A DNA stretch of 63,496 bases, filler included, from Octopus bimaculoides (Eukaryota), in assembly GCF_001194135.2 (NCBI RefSeq). It is 3 parts of 2 records of this genome, joined end to end, with 100 filler letters (N's around TTAATTAATTAA, not from the genome) between each part and the next. Parts side by side here need not be neighbours in the genome. Positions count along the whole stretch, not along the records: positions 1 to 22,073 come from NC_068990.1; 2 more parts are not named here. The stretch is one strand, 5' to 3'. Under the pieces are notes generated by a model, which saw only the letters and a list, made by a program, of their open reading frames with translations, was not told where the DNA came from and ran no database searches. A program made the position numbers and the translations under genes. Numbering within the stretch: the first letter of the stretch is position 1; the number at the start of each line of letters is the position of its first letter. This document shows, in pieces, positions 1 to 11,809 of the stretch.

Positions 1-38
<38 letters not shown>

Positions 39-376
39 ATATATATAAATATATATTTCTTGTGTGTGTATATATGCGTGTGTATGTGTCTTTGTATGTT
101 TGTGTGCATGGAGAAAGCAAAAAATTCGTTGCGTTAAGTATATTGAAAGCAAAGAAGAAAATGTGATAAAAGTTTTATAACTGTTTATGTGTTTTTATAA
201 CCAGTTTACGGTTGTGATTCATTCGGTTGCCTGCGCACGACAACAGTGATCGCGCCGATTGAGATCGGTAGTTAGTGCGAGATAAAGTTCGGCGTATATT
301 TACGTTAATCGTTTTAGTGCAAGTACTGTTTATTTACCAAAACTATATCCCTGTGCAGCAGGACGCCCATGCGGTA

Positions 377-2370
377 TTATTCCTGAATAAGATCATTCGA
401 CAGCACAAGTACGATCAACTTCATGTATTTACAATCACGCGAATTCAAAAATTGACTTTGGTAGAGTTCAAAACAGTTCACACACAATTGCACATCACAT
501 TGTGAACAATGGTATCTAGTTTCGTTACGTTTCCCTTTTGCTTTACATATGTTTGAAGTATTTTTATTCTTGACGTTGGTGGGAAACAGTCGGGGAAAAT
601 GTCCACATCCCTTCACCATGCAGTGAGGAGAAAGGGGACGTCTACGCGTTCTGTACTTTGGCAGGTCTGATGCTTCTATCATTTCACGGAACAATATATT
701 ACTGAATGACAATCCATTCCCCACACCACCAAGAATCCGCTAAATCAAATGTGAGTTCACGACACACAAGTCAACTATATACAAGAAAATGTTTTGTACC
801 ATTTCAAAAATTTTCTCGCCCATTTGTGTGTCGTCACCAGCTGATTTGAGCGATCGACCCCACCATCCCTTTATTGTGTGAAACAACTACACTCGGTTTC
901 ATTATGGCACTACCATCCGCATATTTTTTCCTAGTGTCCTTCATGCTTGTAGAATACATTGCGGATAACATGCAAGTGTATTTCTTGTCACGCCACACTA
1001 GAGCGAGAATGCCACTATCGGTGGATCAGTACACTGTTTCCCCCTTTCGAATATTTTTCTTGTGAAGATCGGGTGGCATGTTTTTCCTGTGCATCTTCGC
1101 AGTCCCACAAGCATTATCCTCTTCGCCTGCAGCTGCAGGAAGAGATCTGGACTGGAAAAACTGTTGACCATATAAATATTGTAGCCTTTGTCAAACAATT
1201 GTTCATTCAGCGACAACACGACATCAGTGACGCTAGGGTAGGTGCTGGAAGATCCAATCTGTCTTGACCAACCAGTGTAGATTTTATAATTCCACGTGTA
1301 TCCACAGGTTCTGCCAGCTGACTGGTATACTTTATAAACCTTGACTCAAAAGTGGGAGAATTGTTTGAATTGAGGTCTTCCCTTGAATTTCCACCCACCC
1401 CCGTCCGTACAAATATCCTCAGTGCGGATATACACCGTTCTGAAATTTTCAACCACTTCGTCAACGATTGGACTTATTTTGTGCAGCCTGTTATCCTGGT
1501 TCTCGCTTGAGCTGAAATGTAGATTTCGTAGAAGTGCCAACAATCGACCACGGGACATCGTTTCCAGAAAGAAAGGTGTCGACGTGGCTTGATCCCGATT
1601 CTAATATGACGCCAGGGTCAGTTTCTTCACGATGACCATTAGTATCGGCAGGGAAAGCAGAACTTTGATTTCGTCCCCTGTGGTTGTAAACCAATCGTTG
1701 CCATGCCCAGGTCTGACTTCCTGGGGATGGTTTTTAGCATTGTCATCCGTTTCATCCGCTTTATATTGGAATATTTCATCCGTCAAAAACTCGTGGAAGA
1801 TTTCCAGTGGCGAACTTCCATGTTCAAGGTCTGCCTTTATGCTAGCATACCAGCAAACCCATGCCGTCGGACGAAATTGTCTCTCGCTCACCACACGAAA
1901 TTCTGTTGTCCAGGCTCACTCACTGCTGCCCGCCTGTACCTTTGATTCACCGGAGTATCATCATCGCTATCTGAACTAGGATAATACTCACTCTCCGAGT
2001 CACCGTCTGAATCGAAAGAAACAAATGGTGAAGTGGTGGAGCTTCGCGTGACGACCGTAAATTCGACGAAATAAGACGCGACGGCGAAGTTAGCAGAGCC
2101 GGGGTGACAAGACGCGACGACGAAGCTAATGGAACCGGAGTAGTAGAAAGTGAGGAAGCAAGAGTGGTACGATGGGATGACGAACGCGTGACGAACGCGA
2201 CGAGGCTGATGTGGTGCGACGTATTGACGAAGTCGGTGCGGTAGGACGCGACCGTAAATTACGTGCAGGACCAGAAGATTCAGCTACAGCAAAATCCCTG
2301 CGAGCATTTGCACTACGAGATGATGAACGTAGATTGGTTTTAAGTTGATTGGAAGCTACATAACTAATGT
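377..2370 (-). pseudogene. piggyBac-family transposase pseudogene (PGBD-like; frameshifts and stops)
   Basis: Ordered minus-strand motifs across several frames: Ser/Arg-rich then acidic N-terminus (DSDGDSESEYYPSSDSDDD); PLEIFHEFLTDEIF..IKVLLSLPILM; MSRGRLLALLRNLHF..DNRLHKISPI..ICTDG..KFKGRPQFKQF; YMVNSFSSPDLF; KPSVVVSHNKGMVGVDRSNQL..KWYK; C-terminal Cys-rich CKAK..TRYHCSQCDVQLCVNCF. The second catalytic Asp appears mutated (DN to VN). Confidence 0.93.
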
Positions 2371-2599
2371 CGTATAATCACCAAAACTACAGCTTATATA
2401 GAAATAAAGCGTACATCCAGGCTGTAAATATTTACATAAAACATCAAACCAGCCGATCGAATTGTAAATATTTACATAAAACACCTAATCGGTCTATCAG
2501 TTGGCAGGTGGACCGGTACCAACTCAGGCAACAGGTTCTAAGTCAGGCGGCGTATAATTTCGTCGACCGATATAAAACATGTACATTGCGTGCGTAAAT

Positions 2600-2626
2600 T
2601 TATGTCAACTGTTTCAAAAGGGTTAG
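2600..2626 (-). mobile_element. Probable 5' terminal of the piggyBac element (CCCTTTTGAAAC) with degenerate TTAA target (TTAG)
   Basis: + strand reads gtttcaaaaGGG-ttag at 2611-2626, upstream of the minus-strand transposase. No matching TIR was found at the other end. Confidence 0.55.
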
Positions 2627-2667
2627 TATCATAATTTCATAACTATGTATTGTTGGCAATGTTGTGA

Positions 2668-2907
2668 TATATATATAATTTAGAGAAAAGAACCAAAGTT
2701 CCTGAACTCATCTATGAAAATCCACGGTCATATATAGAAAAATTCAATAAGTAAATACGCTAAAAATAACTATAATGAAATACAAAGTAATAATCATTAA
2801 AATAATAAAACGACTAGACGTGTTTCATAACCACATTTTCAAATCTGTGACTGTGGATTTTCATGCATGAGTTCACGAACTTTGGTTCTTTTCTCTAAAT
2901 TATATAT
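2668..2907. repeat. ~60-bp inverted repeat pair (MITE-like, or head-to-head copies of an interspersed repeat)
   Basis: 2668-2730 (atatataatttagagaaaagaaccaaagttcctgaactcatctatgaaaatccacggtca) is the near reverse complement of 2848-2907. A related sequence recurs at ~27575-27650. Confidence 0.85.
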
Positions 2908-2971
2908 TTATATATTATATACTGTGAAACTTAATTTAATTTTAATTTTTGATAAATTGAATTTAATTGAG

Positions 2972-2972
<1 letters not shown>

Positions 2973-3061
<89 letters not shown>
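2973..3061. repeat. (ATT)n microsatellite
   Basis: About 29 pure units; source of the poly-I/poly-L ORFs in the track. Confidence 0.98.
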
Positions 3062-3063
<2 letters not shown>

Positions 3064-3483
3064 AATTGACAGCAACAGAACAGATAATAAGTAATGTTGT
3101 TTTCCTTGATTTACAAAATGATTGGCTAATCATGGTTGAAACGTCTTTTGACCAAAGATCTACTTGCTCAGCGTTTAAGCAATAAAGACAATAGTACTAG
3201 TAGCAACAACTAAAACATCAAAGACAGGAGTAAACCAGAGCAGCAATAGTAGTGGAAGCAACAACAACAAATGATTGATTAATATATTTAGTAATTGGAA
3301 ACATAAAACTGTCAATTAGAAAATAATTCCGAAAGACTGAGGGAAATTTTGCTGAGAAGGATATTAATGTCAAATTACTGGAAAGCAGATATTGTATTGT
3401 AAATAAAGAGACTAACGTCGTAAACAGGTTATTAACTGAAATGGAAGGTTTGGCATTTTTAATCTTGTTTAGATCTTGATCAA

Positions 3484-4338
3484 ATTTCTTTCAGAATATA
3501 CGAGCACCATAGAATGGTAACCAGGCTGTTGGGAAGTGAAATTTTCGTTAAGAGATCGATTCACAGTTGTATCTTTGTTCAGTAACATCCCACGCTCCTG
3601 AATCAACAAGAGAACTATATATGGCATCACGTGTTTAATATTTCTTCCTCTTTTTACGTTGGTACTTCCGATGGAGGTTTTGTTTCTGCGTCTTGTAGCT
3701 CTGCAAGTATCCGCTAAACCAGTAGTTTCCAAACATCTTTTGCCTATGGAACCTTTTGAATCCTATTTTATTGAGGGGCTGGGACCGTGATAAGCATCCA
3801 TCATCTAAAAACTCCTATTTTTATGACTGGATATTAAATATTGATTTCAAATTTTGGCACAAGGCCAGTGGTATGGGGAAGGGACTAAAGTCGATTACAT
3901 CGACCTCAGTGCTCAACTGGTACTTATTTTATCGACCCCGAAAGGATGAAAAGCAAAGTGGACCCCGGCGGAACTGAAAACGTAAAGACGGATGAGATGC
4001 CGCTAAGCATTCTGTCCGGCGTACTAACGATTCTACCAGCTCACCGACTTGATTAAATATTAAATATTAGGAATTGTAAATATAAAAATGGTTAAATATT
4101 TTGTGTATTTGTATAAATTTTAACAAAATCTTATTTGGACTCCTAAGGGCCATGTAGGCCGCGGTTGAGAACCATTTTGCAAAACTATGACTGCCATATA
4201 CAGTTCTCTTGTTGATTGAGAGGCGTGGGGTGTTTGTTACTGAACAAAGATACAACTGTGAATCGATCTCTTAGCGAAAATTTCGCTCCCCAACAACCTG
4301 GTTACCATTCTTTAGTGCTCGTATATTCTGAACGAAAT
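3484..4338. mobile_element. Non-autonomous element with ~140-bp terminal inverted repeats and a nested SINE
   Basis: 3484-3628 (ttcagaatatacgagcac..gatcgattcacagttgtatctttgttcagtaac..tatggca) mirrors 4190-4338 at roughly 85-90% by eye. No clear TSD. Confidence 0.8.
3840..4048 (-). mobile_element. tRNA-derived SINE (type C)
   Basis: Minus strand starts ggtgagctggtagaatcg (A-box-like) and has a central cttttcatcctttcggggtcgataaaataagtaccagttgagcactg. Other copies at 17148-17350 (-), 23243-23425 (+) and 46925-47104 (+). Confidence 0.85.
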
Positions 4339-4435
4339 ATAAAAATGTAGGAATTAGTTAAGAAATACACACACACACACACACACATATATATATCCAT
4401 CCATCCATCCATCCATATATACATATATATATTGA

Positions 4436-4467
<32 letters not shown>

Positions 4468-5219
4468 CATACATTCACAAAAACACATATGCACTCACAC
4501 ACCTACGCACACACAGACACACGCAAATATTTATGTTTATAAACTAAAACAAATATAGCTGTGTTAAAATACGGATAAAAACTGTCTATAATTACCTGTT
4601 ACCTGTCTATATTACCTGTCTATAATTACCTGTTACCAGATCTGAACATCTGTTGCAGAAAGCTAAGGTGAGATTTTAAAGTACAAATTGGAATAGAATC
4701 TATAAAACAAAGAAGAAGGGGGAAAATAAAAGACCAAAAAACTTGTTTAAAAAGATTTTCTTTGTAATTAGGCTAATCATAGTGTGAAAGTATGTTGTGT
4801 ACGTGATTAATTACAACAGCATCATGTGGCAAGATTAAAACATTTATTAGGGATAAATCGTTATCATTATAATGCATAGACCACAAATAAATTAGTCGCT
4901 AGTCATCACTGTGGAGACAATTCTCGTATTCAAGTAATATATTACCCTGACAGTGTAATCCTTCGCGCGATGAGTTTAAATTTAATGTAAGATTCAATAC
5001 TTCATATCATTCATCACATGCAACACGTTATGAGAATCAGAAACGAGGCTCTAATGACAATGCTGTCAGGTTATGCGTGGTGGAGCCGATGTAATTTAAA
5101 TTCTATATGAGAACTCTATCAGAGGTCTTGAACTCTTTTGCTAACAAATAACCTCCCGTTTTGTTATATTTATCCAAGTATGCACTTCTACTGCTTTAGT
5201 AATAGTAATTATTCAAGGT

Positions 5220-5263
<44 letters not shown>

Positions 5264-5365
5264 NNNNNNNNNNCACACACACACACACACACACAAACAT
5301 ACACACACGCACACACACACACACACACACATACACACACACACATGTATGTATCTATATATATT

Positions 5366-5409
<44 letters not shown>

Positions 5410-5428
5410 CGTATACAAACATACACAA

Positions 5429-5852
5429 GCGTAGGTGTGGCTGTGGGTAAGAAGTTTGCTTCCCGACCATACGGTTCCGTGTTCAGTACTACTGCATGAC
5501 AGCTTGCGCAAGTGTCTTCTATAGCCCTGGGCCAACCAAAGACTTGTGAATGGATTTGACAGACAGAATTTTCTCTCTCGCCTTCTCTCTTTCTCGATGT
5601 ATATATATATATATATATGGGTGTGTGTGTGTGTGTGTATATTTATGTGTGTCTGTGTTTTCCCCTCACCATGGCATGACAACCAACGTTGGTGTGTTTA
5701 TGTCCCCGTAATGTTGCGGTTCTGCAAAAGAGACCAACAGAATAAGTACTAGGCTTACAAAGAATAAGTCCTGGGGTCAATTTATTCGAGTGAAAGGCGG
5801 TACTACAGCATGGCCGCAGTCAAATGACCGAAACAAGTAAAAGAGTAAAGAA
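5429..5852 (+). mobile_element. Composite SINE: module A + (TA/TG)n + module B
   Basis: Module A: gtggctgtgggtaagaagtttgcttccc..ggttccgtgttcagt..gcaagtgtcttctatagccctgg. Module B: gacaaccaacgttggtgtgtttatgtccccgtaa..gaataagtcctggggtc..cagcatggccgcagtcaaatgaccgaaacaagtaaaagag. Many further copies in the window. Confidence 0.88.
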
Positions 5853-6240
5853 TATATATATATATATATGTTGTTGNNNNNNNNNNNNNNNNNNNNNNNN
5901 NNNNNNNNNNNNNNNNNNNNNNNNNNNNNNNNNNNNNNNNNNNNNNNNNNNNNNNNNNNNNNNNNNNNNNNNNNNNNNNNNNNNNNNNNNNNNNNNNNNN
6001 NNNNNNNNNNNNNNNNNNNNNNNNNNNNNNNNNNNNNNNNNNNNNNNNNNNNNNNNNNNNNNNNNNNNNNNNNNNNNNNNNNNNNNNNNNNNNNNNNNNN
6101 NNNNNNNNNNNNNNNNNNNNNNNNNNNNNNNNNNNNNNNNNNNNNNNNNNNNNNNNNNNNNNNNNNNNNNNNNNNNNNCTATATATATTTCTGTGAAATA
6201 TGTGTGTGCGTGTGTGTACGTGTGTGCATGTGGTAACCAA

Positions 6241-6420
6241 AATTGGTTTGTTTACATTTTGTTTACGCTGATGTAAACTTGCGGTTCGGCAAACAATGCC
6301 GATAGAATAAGTACTGAGCTTTATAAAATAAGTACAGAGGTCGGTTCGTTCGGTTAAAACCCTTCAAGGTGGTGCCCCAGCATGGCTGTACTTCAAAGAC
6401 TGAAAGAAGTAAAAAATAAA
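6241..6420 (+). mobile_element. SINE module B, partial
   Basis: gatagaataagtact..ggtggtgccccagcatggc..gactgaaagaagtaaaa matches other module B copies. Confidence 0.8.
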
Positions 6421-8462
6421 TAGACACACACACACATACGCACGCGCTCACACATATACAAATGCACACAGACGCTCACATACACTCTCACGTACACACA
6501 CATGTATAGGCACAAAATAGAGATACAACTGCTCACAGAACTTGAATTATTCAGGAAGAACTCACTGCCTTCGTTCAGCTGGTTAGTCTGCGGCCAAAGC
6601 TTTCTAATTGCACTTTACCATATTCGCTGATATACGAAATGAATGGTTGATCACAGACGAAATACTTTTAATCATGGGTATAATCGATTATACATTAGCT
6701 GTAATTAAAAACATCAACATCAATACCCATATACAAACATATGTATTCATGCACATCGCTAATTATTCACTGATTACCGTCCTTATGATTTGCTTTTAAA
6801 TATCAGAAATATTTAACCACTAATAGACTCTTAAAATATATAAGATCTTAGTAGTTAATGTGTGAATGGTTGCTCAAAGGGTCTTTTATCTTTCACTTCG
6901 TTTCAGTCATTGAACGGCGGCCATGCTGGAGACACTGCTGTAAAATGTTTAGTCGACTAAACAATATTACCATTTTTAAAGTCTGGGTCCCATTCTGCCA
7001 AGTGACTCAAACACATGCAAATACATACATACATACACACACACATACATACATACATACATACATACACGCACACACACACACAAACTCACACACACAT
7101 ATATGTATGTATGTATTTATATTTATATTTATATATATAAATATTTATACAGAGAAGGCATTATCTGAGCAAGTACAGTTATACTCTTTATCGTGTACAG
7201 AGTACTTTTTCTCTTGTTCGTTATTAACAACTTTATGTAAACGTGTGCTGATGCAGTTTTTCCGTTTGTGTATGTACACGTGTATACATGCATCAAGTAT
7301 ATGTATGTATATATGTATGTGTGTGTATGTATGTATGTATGTATGTATGTATGTATGTATGTATGTGTGTGTGTATGTATTCATGTATGTATGTATTTAT
7401 GTATGAGTATTCATACATCTGCGTATGACATTAATTCATTATTTGACTTCCGTATACAGTGACATCTGTTCTGCTAAAAGAGATGAACTTGATATAATTT
7501 GATCTCTTTTACTTCGTATTAAAAATAAATTCACTATTGCAAGTGCTACGAACCCCAACTTAATGGAAACTGAGATCAAGAATAGATAAAATTTCACTGA
7601 AAACGGAGATTGTGTGAAGACACAACAAAAATTTATTCAGTTCATATTACATACGTCTCAAAGCTCTTTACATATGTAGAACGAAAAATTACATGCACGC
7701 TATACGAATACTATACTGATCCTTTCAAAGTTATAAATGGCTTTTTGAAAACAAGACCTGCAAATTAGTTTTAATTCTCAGATGAGACTACTCGACTTGA
7801 AATACCAAAGTACTCACGAAAAAAGCTTTAACGCCGCTATTTCTGCTTCTCTTTAAAATTCAGACTGAGAATATCTATGTATAATGTGAAAACAAAGAAA
7901 ACAGAAAAAAGATGAATAAGAAAGAAGTGCTGACTGACTGGAGCTGTCGTCCACCAGAACAGTGCCTGAAAACACTAATTAATTACTTGTTAATTCCGGA
8001 TTTTTAATACATACGTACATATTTTACATTATTTAATAGGATTTTGAGATATATGTATATATACATGTATGTACATATGCATATATATNNNNNNNNNNNN
8101 NNNNNNNNNNNNNNNNNNNNNNNNNNNNNNNNNNNNNNNNNNNNNNNNNNNNNNNNNNNNNNNNNNNNNNNNNNNNNNNNNNNNNNNNNNNNNNNNNNNN
8201 NNNNNNNNNNNNNNNNNNNNNNNNNNNNNNNNNNNNNNNNNNNNNNNNNNNNNNNNNNNNNNNNNNNNNNNNNNNNNNNNNNNNNNNNNNNNNNNNNNNN
8301 NNNNNNNNNNNNNNNNNNNNNNNNNNNNNNNNNNNNNNNNNNNNNNNNNNNNNNNNNNNNNNNNNNNNNNNNNNNNNNNNNNNNNNNNNNNNNNNNNNNN
8401 NNNNNNNNNNNNNNNNNNNNNNNNNNNNNNNNNNNNNNNNNNNNNNNNNNNNNTATATATAT

Positions 8463-8883
8463 TCAGAAAATGGAGCAAAACTCAAATCAACAAAGAAAGC
8501 AACTGGACAACATCTAAAGCTTATTATTTATTACAAAACCTGGCATAGCATTTATGTGACATAACAATTCTTAAGGCCGCTTCCGCTTCCGATGCCATTC
8601 AGTGCCTACAAAGAATTTCGAAAATAATTTTCTTCATCTTCATAGGACATTCGAATTAGTACACGGAGCTTCATCAGAGTTAATACAAAACCGCCCAAAT
8701 AAACAAAAGGAAGAGGGAATAGGAAAGAAAACACGGCCTAGAGAAGACGTCTGGAAGCCCAATATATTAAAAACAACCAATCTTCCATCTCAGGGCTTCG
8801 AAATCAGCAAGTAAAACAAAATAATGCTTTAGATGTGATCCAATTGTTTTGTTTCTTGATCTGAGTTTTTCTCCATTTTCTGA
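8463..8883. mobile_element. Non-autonomous TIR transposon (63-bp TIRs; possibly Sola-like)
   Basis: 8463-8525 versus the reverse complement of 8821-8883 gives 54/63 identity by eye (tcagaaaatggag...acatctaaagc). The interior reads KKTRPREDVWKPNILK, reminiscent of the R..E.WK.N..K motif of Sola-type N-termini; the family call is inference. Confidence 0.7.
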
Positions 8884-9196
8884 TTATTATTATTTGATTA
8901 TAATTATCACAGCAGTTGCAAAGTTGCAAGGTATTTGAAATTACATATTTACTCTTAAATTAACATTTAATACATGTACTTAATATACATATATATATAT
9001 TTAAAAATTATCTATAACAATTATTGTGGCATTTACTGTTAAATTAGTAGTTCATACATGTGCTTATATTTGGTTAATTTATACTACATACAGATATAAA
9101 CACATGCTACATACAAATAACTGCTTACAAAAAATAGAGATTAATGTATAATTTTTTCTATATTCATAATTTTTTGTTTACAATATTGAAAAAAAT

Positions 9197-10085
9197 ATGC
9201 CATCAAAGAAAAGACGTAATCTCACCAGAAACAAGTATAAAGCAAGGAGGATTGTAGATAATCGAAGGCGAGAGTCTCAAGATATGCTGCAGTATATCAA
9301 ATGGAGTCTCAATACAGATGTGAGCTGAAACTTTCTCAAAATCAGCAAACACATGCTGCAGCACATCGAACGGAGTCTCAAGACAGAAGCGAGATAAGAC
9401 TTTCTCAAGATCAGCAAATGCATGCTGCAGTGTCATATGAGGTTTCAATACGGAAGGGAGATGACACTTTCCCAAGATCATCAAATACATGCTGCAGTAC
9501 GTCAAACAGAGAATGAAGAGAGAAGGGAGATGAGACTTACCCAATACCAGCAAATGCATGATGCAACACTTAATGCTGGATATTAAAACAACGTTTTAAT
9601 GATTAGACAGAGTTCCAAAAGAATAGCTCTCATAAACAGACTACGTACAAATTCATTCTTCACAACTCCAGGGCTACTTTCAGATATAAGCCATCCCATT
9701 CTTATAAGAATGATGGTTTGGTCCAAATTGGTGTGCTAAATTCAAATTGTCGTTTCTGCAAAACTTTAAAATTCTCAAATGAAACAAATGGCATGTGCTG
9801 CACAGGTGGTAAGGTAAGATTGCCAGCACTACCAGCTCCTCCTCAAACTCTTATGGATCTTCTGGAAGGCACTTCCATGCAGTCAAAGGATTTTCTGAAC
9901 AATATCAGACAATAAAACTCTGCATTTCAAATGATATCGTTTGGTGCATCTAAAAAGATAGTTGAACATGGATTTACGCTGACGTTCAAAGTTCAAGGGC
10001 AAGTCTATCACCTCATTGGTTCCCTGTTATCTACAAATGAACAACCACAGATCCTCCAAATTTACTTTATTAGTGATGTAGGACA
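9197..10085 (+). pseudogene. Helitron Rep/helicase 5' fragment with STPR-like 23-aa repeats
   Basis: Starts MPSKKRRNLTRNKYKARR, then five ~69-bp units (catgctgcag at 9283, 9352, 9421, 9488, 9557), then CRFCKTLKFSNETNGMCCTGGKVRLPALPAPP..FLNNIRQ*NSAFQMISFG..FKVQGQVYHLIGSLL..QIYFI, the canonical Helitron N-terminal Zn region. Confidence 0.92.
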
Positions 10086-10919
10086 ATAAACCCGAAGGAG
10101 TTGTCAAAATCTCAGACGATGGATCATGTTAGACGCAGCGCCGACTGCCGCAACGAAGAGTATATACATTGACAGCTTTCCGGTGCGTTCAAAAATCACA
10201 TAACCCAACCCCAATTTTCCATGACAGGTTAGGGCCTGGAATACGCCAAACGGACGCATGGCATATCGCTTTGTCGAATTAGCCCATCCACAAACAAATG
10301 TTTTGTCGTTAATGCTGCACTTTCCCGTATCACCTGGTTCAACATAACTGAAATAAATATACAAACTGTGCCATTTTAATCCCCAGCAATGCTGTGTATC
10401 TCTACAAGTATATGTATATATATAGGGAGAATTCACAAAAAAAGACAAAAGATGAAGACAGGTGGTATATATGTATATATNNNNNNNNNNNNNNNNNNNN
10501 NNNNNNNNNNNNNNNNNNNNNNNNNNNNNNNNNNNNNNNNNNNNNNNNNNNNNNNNNNNNNNNNNNNNNNNNNNNNNNNNNNNNNNNNNNNNNNNNNNNN
10601 NNNNNNNNNNNNNNNNNNNNNNNNNNNNNNNNNNNNNNNNNNNNNNNNNNNNNNNNNNNNNNNNNNNNNNNNNNNNNNNNNNNNNNNNNNNNNNNNNNNN
10701 NNNNNNNNNNNNNNNNNNNNNNNNNNNNNNNNNNNNNNNNNNNNNNNNNNNNNNNNNNNNNNNNNNNNNNNNNNNNNNNNNNNNNNNNNNNNNNNNNNNN
10801 NNNNNNNNNNNNNNNNNNNNNNNNNNNNNNNNNNNNNNNNNNNNNNNNNNNNNNNNNNNNNNNNNNNNNNNNNNNNNNNNNNNNNNNNNNNNNNNNNNNN
10901 NNNNNNNNNNNNNNNNNNN

Positions 10920-10956
<37 letters not shown>

Positions 10957-11624
10957 GTATCTATCTATATATCAATATTTAGCTATATGTCTCTCTCCCC
11001 CCTTCACTATATCTATCTCTCTATCAATCTATCTATTTATCTATCTGTCTATATCTATCAATCTTTCTGCGTATGTGTTTGGGTGTGTGTATGTGTGTGT
11101 GTGTTTTTGGGCGTTTTACGCTCATGTTTGGTGATACAAAAAGAATAAATGCCAACAAACGAAACAGTCGATTAAATAAAAAATGTATTTCATATTCTAG
11201 ATTCGGAGTTTAAATCACGCCAATGAAACTATATTTTTGTTTCATCCACTGGCAATAAAACCAATATTAATAGCGCCAGTATTGATTCATTTGGTCGTTT
11301 ATCCATGCCACCTATAAATATAACCAGCGGCTCATTAAAAAATATACAAAAACTATTAAACCATGTCTGTCCACAGACAACCTAAATCATTGAACGAAAT
11401 AACTTAAAGCAATAAGACATGGTTTTCGTTGTAACTCTACTGTCGTCAAAATTATGTTTCATCCCTCCAAACTAAATAGAATATCCAATAAAGTTAAGTT
11501 TGGTGGCAGTAATTTATATTCTTTTAATCAGAAAAAACCATGCATTAAAATATATGACGTAAAAAAACAAGAAATGAATCAAAATATGACGAATGAGAAA
11601 TATAGTTTCTGTTTATGGTTTATG

Positions 11625-11780
11625 TGAGGATTAAGAACTTCGCTTGGAGATGACATGGTATCAAGTTCTATCTCACAAAGTGGTTCATTCACGAAGAATC
11701 ATTGTTTATAGTGTGGAATGGAATAAATTATTGTGGAGGAAATTCGGTAAACACAGAGTGTACGAAAGCCCGTTGGATGT
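11625..11780 (+). mobile_element. SINE module A, old degraded copy
   Basis: gattaagaacttcgcttggagatgacatggtatcaagttctatctca..ggtaaacacagagtgtacgaaagcccgttggatg resembles module A. Confidence 0.55.
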
Positions 11781-11809
11781 TTGCATGTATGTGAATATGT
11801 ATATATCTT

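Noticed and set aside
121-210. Candidate 3' TIR of the piggyBac element
   Set aside because: No TTAA-CCCTTT match was found; only weak similarity (ttaa..ttgaaa) exists.
2867-3185. Poly-I, poly-L, poly-N, poly-K, HT/CV/YI-repeat ORFs throughout the ORF track
   Set aside because: They are translations of microsatellites or run through N gaps; there is no evidence of real coding.
9265-9570. Regularly spaced repeats as a CRISPR-like array (also the subrepeats at 49365-49500 and 51150-51600)
   Set aside because: The whole units are homologous with no unique spacers, the 69-bp units are coding (23-aa) repeats, and the context is eukaryotic with no cas genes.
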